64,000 nt of DNA from contig JBJOKS010000023.1 of NCBI GenBank assembly GCA_046045965.1, forward strand, positions 37,677 to 101,676, read 5' to 3'. Origin of the DNA: Cyanobacteriota bacterium (GTDB lineage Bacteria; Cyanobacteriota; Cyanobacteriia; Cyanobacteriales; Nostocaceae). Below are positions 48,917 to 59,230 of this stretch, in pieces. The notes below the pieces were generated by a model. The model ran no database searches. It saw only the letters and a program-made list of their open reading frames with translations, and was not told the DNA's origin. A program made the translations under genes and the position numbers. Each line of letters starts with the position of its first letter. Within the stretch, counting starts at the first letter, position 1.

Positions 48917-51900
48917 ATGCGAAATCACATAATTATTGCTTTATTTTTAACATTATCTTCAACTATAACACCCCAGTTTGTAGTTGCCCAAAACAGTGTT
49001 GAACAGCTATTTCAACAAGGCAACGCTGCGGAAACGGCAGGTAACAACTCTCAAGCGGAGATAATTTGGCGTAAAATTTTACAACTAGAACCTAAGAATG
49101 GCAAAGCTTATAACAATTTGGGTAATGCTTTACGACGACAGGGAAAATTAGATGAGGCTTTAGCAGCACACCAAAAAGCCCTACAACTCAATCCTAATGA
49201 CGCAGAAGCTTATGTTGGTATAGGTAATGTGTTAATTTTCCAAGATAAACAAGAGGAGGCTTTAGCATCTCATCAAAAGGCTATCCAACTTAACCCCAAT
49301 TTAGCAAGTGCTTACAATGGTTTGGGCAATGTCCTCAGAAGCCAAAATAAATTAAATGAGGCTGTTGCTGCTTTCCAAAAAGCCATAGAACTTGATCCTA
49401 AATATGCCTTTCCTTACCTCAATCTTGGTTTAATTTTTCAAGACCAGAAGAAATTAGATGCGGCTATTGCAGCTTATCAAAAATTTATACAGGTTAACCC
49501 TAACTATGCTAACGTTTATTTCAATCTATGTGATTTGTTGGATGACCAAAACAAATTAGATGAAGCAATAGCGGCTTGTCAAAAATCCCTGCAACTAAAT
49601 CCTAAAGACGCACAAACTTACAATCTTATAGGCTACATTTTTAAGAAACAAAAGAAATTAGATGAAGCGATCGCTGCTTATCAAAAAGCCATAGAAATTG
49701 ACCCTAAATATGCTATTGCTTACAACAATCTTGGCATTGCCCTCAAAGAACAGAAGAAATTAGATGAAGCTATTGCTGCTTTCCAAAAAGCCATAGAACT
49801 TGACCCTAAATATGCTATTGCTTACAACAATCTTGGCATTGCCCTATCTGACCAGAAGAAATTAGATGAAGCTATTGCTGCTTATCAAAAAGCCGTAGAA
49901 CTTGACCCCAAATATGCTACCGCTTACTACAATCTCGGCATTACCCTGTATGACCAAAAGAAATTAGAAGAGGCGATCGCTGCTTATCAAAAAGCCGTAG
50001 AACTTGACCCCAAATATGCTACCGCTTACTACAATCTCGGCATTACCCTGTATGACCAAAAGAAATTAGAAGAGGCGATCGCCGCTTTCCAAAAAGCCGT
50101 AGAACTTAACCCCAAATATGCTACCGCTTACTACAATCTCGGCATTACCCTGTATGACCAAAAGAAATTAGAAGAGGCGATCGCCGCTTTCCAAAAAGCC
50201 GTAGAACTTAACCCTCATGATGCTAAAGCTTACTACAATCTCGGTGGTATTCTATCTGACCAGAAGAAGTTAGAACAGGCAATTACCAATTATCAAAAAG
50301 CCATAGAAATTGACCCTAAATATGCTATTGCTTACAACAATCTTGGCATTGCCCTGTATGACCAGAAGAAATTAGATGAAGCTATTGCTGCTTTCCAAAA
50401 AGCCATAGAACTTGACCCCAAAAATGCTAATGCTTACAACAATCTTGGTGGTGGTCTCTATGACCAGAAGAAATTAGATGAAGCTATTGCTGCTTTCCAA
50501 AAAGCCATAGAACTTGACCCCAAAAATGCTAATGCTTACAACAATCTTGGTAATGCCTTAATTGACCAGAAGAAATTAGATGAAGCCATTGCAGCTATTC
50601 AAAAAGCTATAGCACTTGATTCTAAATATGCTAATGCTTACAACAATCTTGGCATTGCACTCAACGACCAGAAGAAATTAGATGAAGCTATTGCTGCTTT
50701 TCAAAAAGCCATAGAACTTGACCCCAAAAATGCTAAATCTTACGACAATCTTGGTAATGTCTTAACTAACCAGAAGAAATTAGATGAAGCTATTGCTGCT
50801 TTTCAAAAAGCCATAGAACTTAACCCCAAAAATGCTAAAGCTTACAACAATCTTGGTAATGCCTTAATTGACCAGAAGAAGTTGGATGAAGCTATTGCTG
50901 CTTTTCAAAAAGCCATAGAACTTGACCCCAAAGATGCTAGTGCGTATTACAATTTCGGCGTTGCCCTATTTATTGAGAGGAAATTAGATGCATCTGTTCT
51001 CACATTCCAAAAAGCCTTGACATTACCAGAAGATACTTCTACTCGTCCTAGCACTGTTCATGCTGGTGCTAATAATGGTTTGGGTTTAGTATTCCAAGCA
51101 CAAGAGAAATTTAAAGAAGCTATAGAACATTTCGATAAAGCCGAAGAAGTTGACCCTGAATATATCTATGCCCGTAACAACAATATAGAAGCACGAACAT
51201 TATGGACTGAAAAACAAAATAAACTAGCCAGTGTAGAAGACGATCGCCAATGGTTGTCTAAAAATGACCCAACTTTACCTGTGAAGCGTTCTGTAGTACG
51301 CATCACTGCTGAGTTTTCTAACAGTCAACGTCAAGGAATAGAGGTTGGTACTGGTGTAGTCATTCACAGAGATGCCAACCGCACATTAATTATTACCAAT
51401 CGTCATGTAATTTTTGATGGCAATGAACAGGGTAAAGATATTCAAGTGGAATTTTTCAGTTCACCACCACCAGATAGAGTGCGAATGCGACGCAATGCCA
51501 AATTATTGCCAATGACACCTACAGATGAACTCGATTTAGCTGTTTTGGAAGTTACCGATCAACTGCCAGAAGATATCCAACCTTTACCCATGTCTGCAAC
51601 TACTATTAATCACTCTACCCCAATCAAAATTATTGGTCATTCTGCCCAAAGAGGTAAAGATGAATCATGGACGATTAAGGAGGGACAAATTAGCAGTAAC
51701 AACAACAAACAATTAGAAATGTATCAAATTAATCTTGAGCCTGGTTACTCAGGTAGTCCTGTGTTAGACTCAGAAAATCGGCTAATAGGCATAGTTTATG
51801 CCCGAAAAAAAGGTGAAATCAAAAACTTTGCCTATCCTATATCTGAAGTTAAAAAGCAACTGTCAATCTGGAAAATTAATTTAACCAATTTGACCAAAAT

Positions 51901-51922
51901 ATCAACAAATTATGAATTATAA
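48917..51922 (+). CDS. Exported TPR-repeat (~21) trypsin-like serine protease
   Basis: Signal peptide MRNHIIIALFLTLSSTITPQFVVA-Q from the ATG at 48917; 34-aa TPRs; catalytic triad TNRHV / DLAVL / GYSGSP. Confidence 0.9.
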   Translation: MRNHIIIALFLTLSSTITPQFVVAQNSVEQLFQQGNAAETAGNNSQAEIIWRKILQLEPKNGKAYNNLGNALRRQGKLDEALAAHQKALQLNPNDAEAYVGIGNVLIFQDKQEEALASHQKAIQLNPNLASAYNGLGNVLRSQNKLNEAVAAFQKAIELDPKYAFPYLNLGLIFQDQKKLDAAIAAYQKFIQVNPNYANVYFNLCDLLDDQNKLDEAIAACQKSLQLNPKDAQTYNLIGYIFKKQKKLDEAIAAYQKAIEIDPKYAIAYNNLGIALKEQKKLDEAIAAFQKAIELDPKYAIAYNNLGIALSDQKKLDEAIAAYQKAVELDPKYATAYYNLGITLYDQKKLEEAIAAYQKAVELDPKYATAYYNLGITLYDQKKLEEAIAAFQKAVELNPKYATAYYNLGITLYDQKKLEEAIAAFQKAVELNPHDAKAYYNLGGILSDQKKLEQAITNYQKAIEIDPKYAIAYNNLGIALYDQKKLDEAIAAFQKAIELDPKNANAYNNLGGGLYDQKKLDEAIAAFQKAIELDPKNANAYNNLGNALIDQKKLDEAIAAIQKAIALDSKYANAYNNLGIALNDQKKLDEAIAAFQKAIELDPKNAKSYDNLGNVLTNQKKLDEAIAAFQKAIELNPKNAKAYNNLGNALIDQKKLDEAIAAFQKAIELDPKDASAYYNFGVALFIERKLDASVLTFQKALTLPEDTSTRPSTVHAGANNGLGLVFQAQEKFKEAIEHFDKAEEVDPEYIYARNNNIEARTLWTEKQNKLASVEDDRQWLSKNDPTLPVKRSVVRITAEFSNSQRQGIEVGTGVVIHRDANRTLIITNRHVIFDGNEQGKDIQVEFFSSPPPDRVRMRRNAKLLPMTPTDELDLAVLEVTDQLPEDIQPLPMSATTINHSTPIKIIGHSAQRGKDESWTIKEGQISSNNNKQLEMYQINLEPGYSGSPVLDSENRLIGIVYARKKGEIKNFAYPISEVKKQLSIWKINLTNLTKISTNYEL
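49650..50940 (+). repeat. 102-bp coding tandem repeats (TPR units)
   Basis: Recurrent CAGAAGAAATTAGATGAAGCTATTGCTGC...CAAAAAGCCATAGAACTTGACCC; near-identical units at about 49880-50215. Confidence 0.9.
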
Positions 51923-52640
51923 AATTATTCTTGCCAGCCTATTTATTCTTAGTTTTAGCCATCTTCCTGCTGTGGCATCTTGTCCCCAAGGAAATCCCCG
52001 TTCCACAGACTATATCCGTCGTCAACCACCCAACCGTTGTGAAGGTATTAAACTCGAACCTTTAAGCGGTAATAGCTTAAGTTTAATTTCCATTGCTACC
52101 CGCAATCTATCTAGCTACGGCAAAACCTTAACCTTACAAGTTCCCCGCATCAAGGATGGTAAAAATCCTCAAGTTGTAGTGAAATCATTGGATGATAATT
52201 ATCACTATCAATTAGATGATTTGTTATTATCTAATAATGCTTCAAGTTACCGCTTCAGATGGGATAGTTACGTCCTCAGACAAGCTAAAATACCTGCAAA
52301 TAAACTCCGCGCTATAGCATCCTATCTGCTTGGTTCTCAAAATGTCTATGTTCCCGTTACCCTGGGAAAAAGTTCTGGTAAGTATGAATTTGTCTTTTAT
52401 ACTGAAAATCGCGTCAAATTTACCAGTTTGAAAATCCTCTCCCCAGACGAAAAGCCAATACATAGCACATCTCGGACTACCCCAAATAGCGGTGAAATTA
52501 TTTTCACTTGGGATGGAAGTAAAGCCCCACCAGGACGCTATCAATTGTATTATATTGCTAATATTGAACGACGAGATGAACCAAGCGAGCGTATTGAACG
52601 CCGCATTGTATTTGAACATAACCCCAATTGGTTGAAATAA
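51912..52640 (+). CDS. Exported hypothetical protein with a C-terminal Ig-like segment
   Basis: Signal peptide ending AVA-S; Cys pair (SCPQG...RCEG); FTWDGSKAPPGRYQL. Overlaps the protease stop. Confidence 0.75.
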   Translation: MNYKIILASLFILSFSHLPAVASCPQGNPRSTDYIRRQPPNRCEGIKLEPLSGNSLSLISIATRNLSSYGKTLTLQVPRIKDGKNPQVVVKSLDDNYHYQLDDLLLSNNASSYRFRWDSYVLRQAKIPANKLRAIASYLLGSQNVYVPVTLGKSSGKYEFVFYTENRVKFTSLKILSPDEKPIHSTSRTTPNSGEIIFTWDGSKAPPGRYQLYYIANIERRDEPSERIERRIVFEHNPNWLK

Positions 52641-52643
52641 AAC

Positions 52644-53897
52644 ATGGACTCTCGGCAAAAAGCCAGACAAAAACCTCCTCATAAATCTAGATTCAATGGG
52701 CTGAAAAAATTTATTATTGATCAAGCTGCTTGGATTCGTTCATCCTGCACCAATATTCCTCAACAATTACAAAATTTCAAACAATATCTAGTCCAGCAAA
52801 AATCATCGGTTTTGGTGCTGTTGTTAATTTTGGTTTTTTGTCTGGTTACTATTGCTGCTATAGCACCTGGAACTCATACATTTGAAGGCAATGTCATTTT
52901 CAAAGAAATGAGTTTTACGTATAATGAACAACAGCCAAAACTTTTTATCAGCAATATCAAAGGCATTAAAGAATTAGAAAATGAAGGAATCCAAACATTA
53001 ACATTTACTGGCAGTTTTCAAAGTCAATCTTTACCAGAAATTAATAAATTAAACTCTTTACAAATTCAGCTAACAGACAGAGAAAGTAAATTCATCCTCA
53101 CTCCAGCTAATCCTGATATAGAAAGCGAAATAAATCTTGAGGAACTAAGACTACAACCCCAAACCAGAGTAGCTAAACTAAATTACGACTTTTATCGTCA
53201 GCAACTAGCTTTTTCTCTATTACCCAATCCTCAAACTCATCAAAATCAGCCAAATACATTAGATATTTACTTAGGTGAACAACCAATCAAAGTTATCGTA
53301 GAAGGCTATAAAATACCAGGTGTAAAGATACCCACACAACAAGATAATCAAACACCATTAGAATTTATTGTCAATCCCAATAATAAACAGACTACATTAA
53401 ACATAGCCCAAAATACAGATATTTATATTACCTTATCCAAACCTCCAAAGTACGAATCAGATCAATGGTTTAGGGGAAAAATCAAAACTAAAGATGTAAA
53501 ATTTATTCAAATAGATAAAAATGGTGGCAACCTCAGAGATGATTTAGAAATTTCTACCATTATAGAAGGTAAAATTCGTATGGCAGAACAGGATAGAGAA
53601 ATTAAAGAAAATCAGTTTCTCATGGGAGAAGATACTAATAAACCATTAAATATTCAACTTATCCGCAATCTCAAAATAATTTCCGAGAAAAAAGGTATAG
53701 AAGCGCGATTTTCTGGGAAAACCAAACAGATTCAAATCGGATTAGATCAAGATTTTCCCGTTTCTAGTATCAAAGGTAGTTGGTTAGATGGGGTTTTACC
53801 TCGTGATGCAATTATCGCTTTGTTTTCCTTTGGTGCGGCTACAGTTGCTAATCTTCTATCGTGGTTATTTACTAATACTAATTCACGACAACCTTAA
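52644..53897 (+). CDS. Hypothetical protein with N- and C-terminal TM helices around a large beta-rich domain
   Basis: TM VLVLLLILVFCLVTIAAIA and TM AIIALFSFGAATVANLLSWLF; starts 3 nt after the previous stop. Confidence 0.75.
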   Translation: MDSRQKARQKPPHKSRFNGLKKFIIDQAAWIRSSCTNIPQQLQNFKQYLVQQKSSVLVLLLILVFCLVTIAAIAPGTHTFEGNVIFKEMSFTYNEQQPKLFISNIKGIKELENEGIQTLTFTGSFQSQSLPEINKLNSLQIQLTDRESKFILTPANPDIESEINLEELRLQPQTRVAKLNYDFYRQQLAFSLLPNPQTHQNQPNTLDIYLGEQPIKVIVEGYKIPGVKIPTQQDNQTPLEFIVNPNNKQTTLNIAQNTDIYITLSKPPKYESDQWFRGKIKTKDVKFIQIDKNGGNLRDDLEISTIIEGKIRMAEQDREIKENQFLMGEDTNKPLNIQLIRNLKIISEKKGIEARFSGKTKQIQIGLDQDFPVSSIKGSWLDGVLPRDAIIALFSFGAATVANLLSWLFTNTNSRQP

Positions 53898-53961
53898 TAT
53901 TTTCATTACAAAACTATCTGCGTTTATCTGCGTTTAATTACCTTCATCTGTCACCTAAAAC

Positions 53962-56928
53962 CTACTTCGTCTCCATCCAATTATCACCTGCACGCACATC
54001 AACCACCAAAGGAACACTTAAACTCACAGCATTTTCCATCACTGACTTAATTTGTATTTGCAATTCTGACCATTCTTGATGAGGAACTTCAAACACTAAT
54101 TCATCATGCACCTGTAACAACAACCGCGCTTGATAGTTCTTTTGATAATTCCTTAAAACCTCATGTAATTGCACCATCGCAATTTTAATAATATCCGCAC
54201 TCGAACCTTGAATTGGTGCATTCGCAGCAGAACGCAATAAACCCGCATCATAAGCACCTAAATTTTTTAACTTACTCAAATCAATATCTTTTAAATCTCT
54301 ACCTTTTAAATCTTTTAAGCTTTTATTAGTAAACTCAAAATAACGTCTTCTTCCCAAAATTGTTTCTACATAACCTTGAGAAATAGCTTGTTTTTTCACA
54401 GTTTCCAAATATTTAAACACTTGGGGATATCGTTCATTAAATCGCTTAATAAATTCATTTGCAGTATTCTTATCTACTCCTGTAGAACGGGAAAATTTTA
54501 ACGAACCCATTCCGTAAATTACACCAAAATTAATTGTTTTCGCAAAGCGTCTTTCTTCTGATGTTACTTCTTCTTTTTCAAACACCAATTTTGCTGTAAC
54601 TGTGTGAATATCTTCATTTTGCTGATAGGCTTTTAGTAATATAGGTTCTTGACTCAAATGAGCCAAAATTCTTAACTCAATTTGTGAATAGTCAGCAGCA
54701 ACCATTAACCAACCAGCTTCAGGTAAAAACGCTTTTCTAATTTGTCTGCTAAAAGCGGTACGAATAGGAATATTTTGTAAATTGGGATTAGAAGAAGATA
54801 ACCTACCTGTAGAAGTTGCAGTTTGGTTAAAATCTGTATGTAAACGTTGACTTTGGGGATGTACTAACGCTGGTAAAGCATCTACATAAGTAGACTTTAA
54901 TTTTGATAAAGTCCGATATTCAATAATCGCATCTACAAAACCAGTATCATCAATTTCTTGGAGTTTTTCTAAAGTTGCTGCGTCTGTAGAAAAACCAGTT
55001 TGAATTTTGCGGGAATGTTTGGTACTTAAACCCAGTTTTTCAAATAAAATATAACTGAGTTGTTTGGGAGAACCTAAATTAAATGTTTCTCCAGCAATTT
55101 CAGTTGCTTGTATTTCTAATTTAGCTAATTCAGTTTCTAACTGCTGAGATAATTCTTGCAAATAACCGGAATTAATTTTTACTCCCGTATATTCCATTTC
55201 CGCTAAAACTGCTTCTAGCGGTTGTTCTACTTCCACCAATAATTTAGCTAAAGCTGGTGTTTTATCTAATTCAATACGCAATTTTTCAACTAATTGAAAT
55301 GTTGCATAAACCTGAGTACCACAATAATAAGCTACTAAATTAATTCCAATATCAGCAATAGTTTTTTGTGGTTCTTTTTTCCCGGTTTTGGGAACAATAT
55401 CATTATATTCTGTTAGCTGTAAACCCAAATGTCTTAAAGATAAGTCGCTTAAATTATGGGTAGTATCTGGATTGATCAAATAACTTGCTAACATCGGATC
55501 AAATACCACACCTGTTAAATTAATTCCCTGACATTTGAAAATTAATCTATCAAATTTCGCATTTTGAAAAGTTTTCGGATATTCAGCACTTTCCAAAATT
55601 GGACGTAATGCTGATAGCACTAAATCTAATTGTAAATTATGCCCTATTTTATGACCAACAGGAATATAAGCAACTTCATTTTCTCCTATTCCCCAACAAC
55701 AACCAATTCCTACTAAAGCTGCATCTCTAGGTTCTAAAGCTGTGGTTTCTGTATCCCAAGCAACGGGTTTTTCTGGGTTAGTACATTTTTGGAGAATGCT
55801 AACCAACTCTTGTAATTTTTCTGCTGTATCAATAATGCGGATTTGGATTTTTGAATGTTCTGATTTTTCTGCATTCGCTGTATCTTCAGCACTAAAAAAC
55901 CATAATTCATCATCATCTTCTGATTCAATGTTATTAATTTCTTCTGCTTTTGTTTCTGGAACTTTACCACCAAATTTCTCTTGCACTTGGTTAATTTGTT
56001 CTAAAAATTTCTTAAATTCTAATTTCTCTAAAATAGGAATTAAATTATTAGTATCAAAACCTGTTAATTGACAATCTTCTAAATTAACTTCTAAGGGTAC
56101 ATCCACAACTATCTGCGCTAAATATTGAGAATGCAGCGCATCTTCTTTACCCGCAATCAATTTTTCCTGAGTTGAACCTGTGATTTCATCTAATTTTGCA
56201 TAAATTTCATCCAGAGAATTATAAGTATTTAGCAATTTTACGGCTGTCTTTTCCCCAATTCCTCTGACTCCAGGAATATTATCTGATTTATCACCGCAAA
56301 GAGCTTTAAAATCAACAATTTGTGTAGGTAATACGCCTAATTTTTCCTTAACTTGTTCTGCTTGAAATTCCGTGATACTATTTGCCGAACGTTTTAAAGC
56401 TTCAGGACTAAAATTTAAAACTGTAATTTCTTTATCAGCATCAATTAATTGAAATAAATCTCTATCTCCTGATAAAATCTTAACTCGATAACCAGCCGCA
56501 GACGCTTTTTGTGCTAAAGTTCCCAAAACATCATCCGCTTCATATCCTGGTGCTGTAAAAATCGGTAAATTTAAACCTCTCAATAACTCATTTAGATTTT
56601 CTAAATCAGGAATAAAATCTTCCGGTGTTTCTGCCCGATCCGCTTTATAAGTATCATCCGCTTCATGACGGAATGTTGGCAACCCTAAATCAAATGCTAC
56701 AGCTATTGCTTGCGGCTGTTGGGTTGTCATTACCTCTAATAAACATTTAATAAAGCCAAAACAGACACTAGTAGGAATACCCGCCTTTGTACGGAGTCCT
56801 CCGTTTTTACCTTTAGCAAAAGCGAAGTAGGAACGAAAAGCTAGAGAATGTCCATCTACGAGAATAAACGTAGGGTTATTTGTGATTGTAGAGGGAGAAT
56901 TCAAATTGCTAACAGAATTTAGAGACAT
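53962..56928 (-). CDS. polA: DNA polymerase I
   Basis: LVDGHSLAFR, EADDVLG, GDKSDNIPGV, WDTET, TGRLSS, ADYSQIELR and LQVHDEL motifs. Confidence 0.97.
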   Translation of the reverse strand: MSLNSVSNLNSPSTITNNPTFILVDGHSLAFRSYFAFAKGKNGGLRTKAGIPTSVCFGFIKCLLEVMTTQQPQAIAVAFDLGLPTFRHEADDTYKADRAETPEDFIPDLENLNELLRGLNLPIFTAPGYEADDVLGTLAQKASAAGYRVKILSGDRDLFQLIDADKEITVLNFSPEALKRSANSITEFQAEQVKEKLGVLPTQIVDFKALCGDKSDNIPGVRGIGEKTAVKLLNTYNSLDEIYAKLDEITGSTQEKLIAGKEDALHSQYLAQIVVDVPLEVNLEDCQLTGFDTNNLIPILEKLEFKKFLEQINQVQEKFGGKVPETKAEEINNIESEDDDELWFFSAEDTANAEKSEHSKIQIRIIDTAEKLQELVSILQKCTNPEKPVAWDTETTALEPRDAALVGIGCCWGIGENEVAYIPVGHKIGHNLQLDLVLSALRPILESAEYPKTFQNAKFDRLIFKCQGINLTGVVFDPMLASYLINPDTTHNLSDLSLRHLGLQLTEYNDIVPKTGKKEPQKTIADIGINLVAYYCGTQVYATFQLVEKLRIELDKTPALAKLLVEVEQPLEAVLAEMEYTGVKINSGYLQELSQQLETELAKLEIQATEIAGETFNLGSPKQLSYILFEKLGLSTKHSRKIQTGFSTDAATLEKLQEIDDTGFVDAIIEYRTLSKLKSTYVDALPALVHPQSQRLHTDFNQTATSTGRLSSSNPNLQNIPIRTAFSRQIRKAFLPEAGWLMVAADYSQIELRILAHLSQEPILLKAYQQNEDIHTVTAKLVFEKEEVTSEERRFAKTINFGVIYGMGSLKFSRSTGVDKNTANEFIKRFNERYPQVFKYLETVKKQAISQGYVETILGRRRYFEFTNKSLKDLKGRDLKDIDLSKLKNLGAYDAGLLRSAANAPIQGSSADIIKIAMVQLHEVLRNYQKNYQARLLLQVHDELVFEVPHQEWSELQIQIKSVMENAVSLSVPLVVDVRAGDNWMETK

Positions 56929-57112
56929 AACTTTATTATAACTAGTATTTTCCCTTTCTTTTCTCAGTGTATATACTTTGTATTCATGCCATCTAAACTG
57001 TAATCATTATTAAGCATGGTAAATAAATTAAGTATATTCACTAAAGCCGTGAACAGTGTTTTGGCGTTACATATTATTTGTAACTGCAATTTTTGTACAC
57101 AGAAATCTACCC

Positions 57113-57820
57113 ATGAACTCTAAAATTTTCAAAAATTTAGCAGCCGTCAGTACCATAGCAGGAATTTTGACCGCCGCTGGAACTGCTAATGCAGCTTCCC
57201 TAAGCTACACAGCTTCTTCTGGGGATTTTGCTTTCACAGATTTTAATGAAACACTGAGCTTGCAACAGTTTGATTCTTCTCTGGGTACACTTAACAGTGT
57301 CACCTTAGATATTGTTGGCTATATCAACGGAAATGCAGGATTTGAAAGCTTGGACGCATCTTCATCTCTAATCACAGCTAACATTGGCGCAACACTAAAC
57401 TTAACTCAGGGTGGTACAACTTTATTTTCACTCAATCCCAGCAATTCTCAATCATATTCAGCTACTGCCTTTGATGGCACGATTGATTTTGCTGGTACTT
57501 CTGGAGCGAGACTTGATAACATTATAGATGAAGAGGTAGCTACTCGGACTTTAACCAGTAACTTACAAGCATTTATTGGTTCTGGAAATATAGACTTTTT
57601 ACTTTCAGCTATAGCACAATCACGTGTTACAGGATCGGGTAACATTATTTCTCAAATCGGCACACTTGCTAAAGGACAACTGACGGTGACATACAACTAC
57701 GATACTCCTAATTCAGCTAAAGTACCTGAACCCTCCACTTTACTGGGATTTGGTTTAGTTGCTGGTTTTGGTTTGTTGTCACAACGCAAAAAAAGCCAAT
57801 TTAACACCTCAAAGTCATAG
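57113..57820 (+). CDS. PEP-CTERM surface protein (choice-of-anchor E-like)
   Basis: Signal peptide ending ANA-A; C-terminal VPEPST plus TM plus RKK. Likely start is 57113. Confidence 0.88.
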   Translation: MNSKIFKNLAAVSTIAGILTAAGTANAASLSYTASSGDFAFTDFNETLSLQQFDSSLGTLNSVTLDIVGYINGNAGFESLDASSSLITANIGATLNLTQGGTTLFSLNPSNSQSYSATAFDGTIDFAGTSGARLDNIIDEEVATRTLTSNLQAFIGSGNIDFLLSAIAQSRVTGSGNIISQIGTLAKGQLTVTYNYDTPNSAKVPEPSTLLGFGLVAGFGLLSQRKKSQFNTSKS

Positions 57821-57994
57821 ATTTTTGTAATGGGTGGTTTTTCCACCCCTGCTATCAACTTTAGGTTTTAACAGTCAATTTTGTAAATATATTTGGTTAT
57901 TTTTTCTTTATCGTATCTATCCAGATGCGATAAATTGCTGTTAGTAGGGAAAATATTTTCTTTACCCCTAAAATTCCCCATTATTTGCTAGAGC

Positions 57995-58873
57995 TTGTTA
58001 ACCTTTTACTGGAAGTTCGATTCTGGGGAATTTATGCTCAAAGCATCTACTATCGGGAATGATATTAAACTGCTGGTACTAGATATAGATGGTACGATCG
58101 CTGGACATGACAACCAAGTCAGTGACACTGTTAAGCAAGCTATTACCACAGTTCAAGCTAAAGGTATTCAAGTGGCTATAGCTACGGGTAGAATGTATTG
58201 TTCAGCTTGGCGGTTTCATCAAGCCATTAAATCTACTCTACCACTGATAGCGTATCAAGGTGCTTGGATTCAAGATCCCAGTAACCAAAAAATTCATCGT
58301 CATTTAGCTGTCACCAGGGAAATTGCCCATCAACTACTAGACTATTTTGAACAACCTGAATTACGTTCTCTGCTCTCTGTCCATTTTTACATCAATGATC
58401 AGCTTTACGTACGGGAAATTACTACAGACACAGAGAATTATGCTTTACGCTGTGGTGTTAATCCTATCCCCGTCGGTGATCTGCGTCAAGTTTTAACTGA
58501 TGAACCGACGAAAGTTTTAGCTTTGTGTGAAGATGCGAATTTAATTCAAGAACTTATGGGTAGTTTGCGTTTGCAATACACACCCGCAGAATTATATATG
58601 ACAACTTCTGTTGCAACTTTCTTGGAAGCAACAAACCCCTTTGTGAATAAAGGTACGGCTGTTCGTTACCTCGCAGAAGAACTGCTGGGAATAGAAAGCG
58701 ATAACGTCATGACTATTGGGGATAACTTCAATGATGTGGAAATGCTAGATTATGCGGGTATTGGTGTGGCTATGGGTAGCGCACCAGAACAAGTACAAGC
58801 CATATCTAATTGGGTGACATCCAGTGTAGAAAATGATGGAGTAGCGATCGCCATAGAACAATTTTTACTTTAA
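57995..58873 (+). CDS. Cof-type HAD-IIB hydrolase
   Basis: LDIDGT, IATGR, NKG and GDNFNDVEML motifs. Confidence 0.92.
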   Translation: MLTFYWKFDSGEFMLKASTIGNDIKLLVLDIDGTIAGHDNQVSDTVKQAITTVQAKGIQVAIATGRMYCSAWRFHQAIKSTLPLIAYQGAWIQDPSNQKIHRHLAVTREIAHQLLDYFEQPELRSLLSVHFYINDQLYVREITTDTENYALRCGVNPIPVGDLRQVLTDEPTKVLALCEDANLIQELMGSLRLQYTPAELYMTTSVATFLEATNPFVNKGTAVRYLAEELLGIESDNVMTIGDNFNDVEMLDYAGIGVAMGSAPEQVQAISNWVTSSVENDGVAIAIEQFLL

Positions 58874-58889
58874 GCATACCCTAAATATC

Positions 58890-58955
58890 AGAAAGAACAC
58901 CGACGACTGGCCGTGTTTCGTCTCGGTGTCCTTGCTGGTTCGCTCCTCACACACC
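58890..58955 (-). ncRNA. Yfr2-like small RNA
   Basis: Minus strand reads GGTGTGTGAGGAGCG...GACACCGAGACGAAACACGGCCAGTCGTCGGTGTTCTTT. It has a 5' GTGTGAGGAG motif, a GAAACA-containing hairpin and a TATATT -10-like box just upstream. Confidence 0.65.
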
Positions 58956-59021
58956 AGACAATATATCCCAGTAGACAGATCACGTCAATACCTATAGTCA
59001 AATTTTTTAAATTGCAGTCAA

Positions 59022-59229
<208 letters not shown>

Positions 59230-59230
<1 letters not shown>

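Noticed and set aside
49650..50940. Regular repeats with variable segments suggesting a CRISPR array or DGR target
   Set aside because: The units are 102-bp in-frame TPR codons; no cas or reverse transcriptase gene and no template repeat is visible in the window.
58941..58953. Yfr1 sRNA on the plus strand (CTCCTCACAC)
   Set aside because: The Yfr1-style downstream terminator hairpin is absent on the + strand; promoter and hairpin geometry fit a minus-strand Yfr2-like RNA better.
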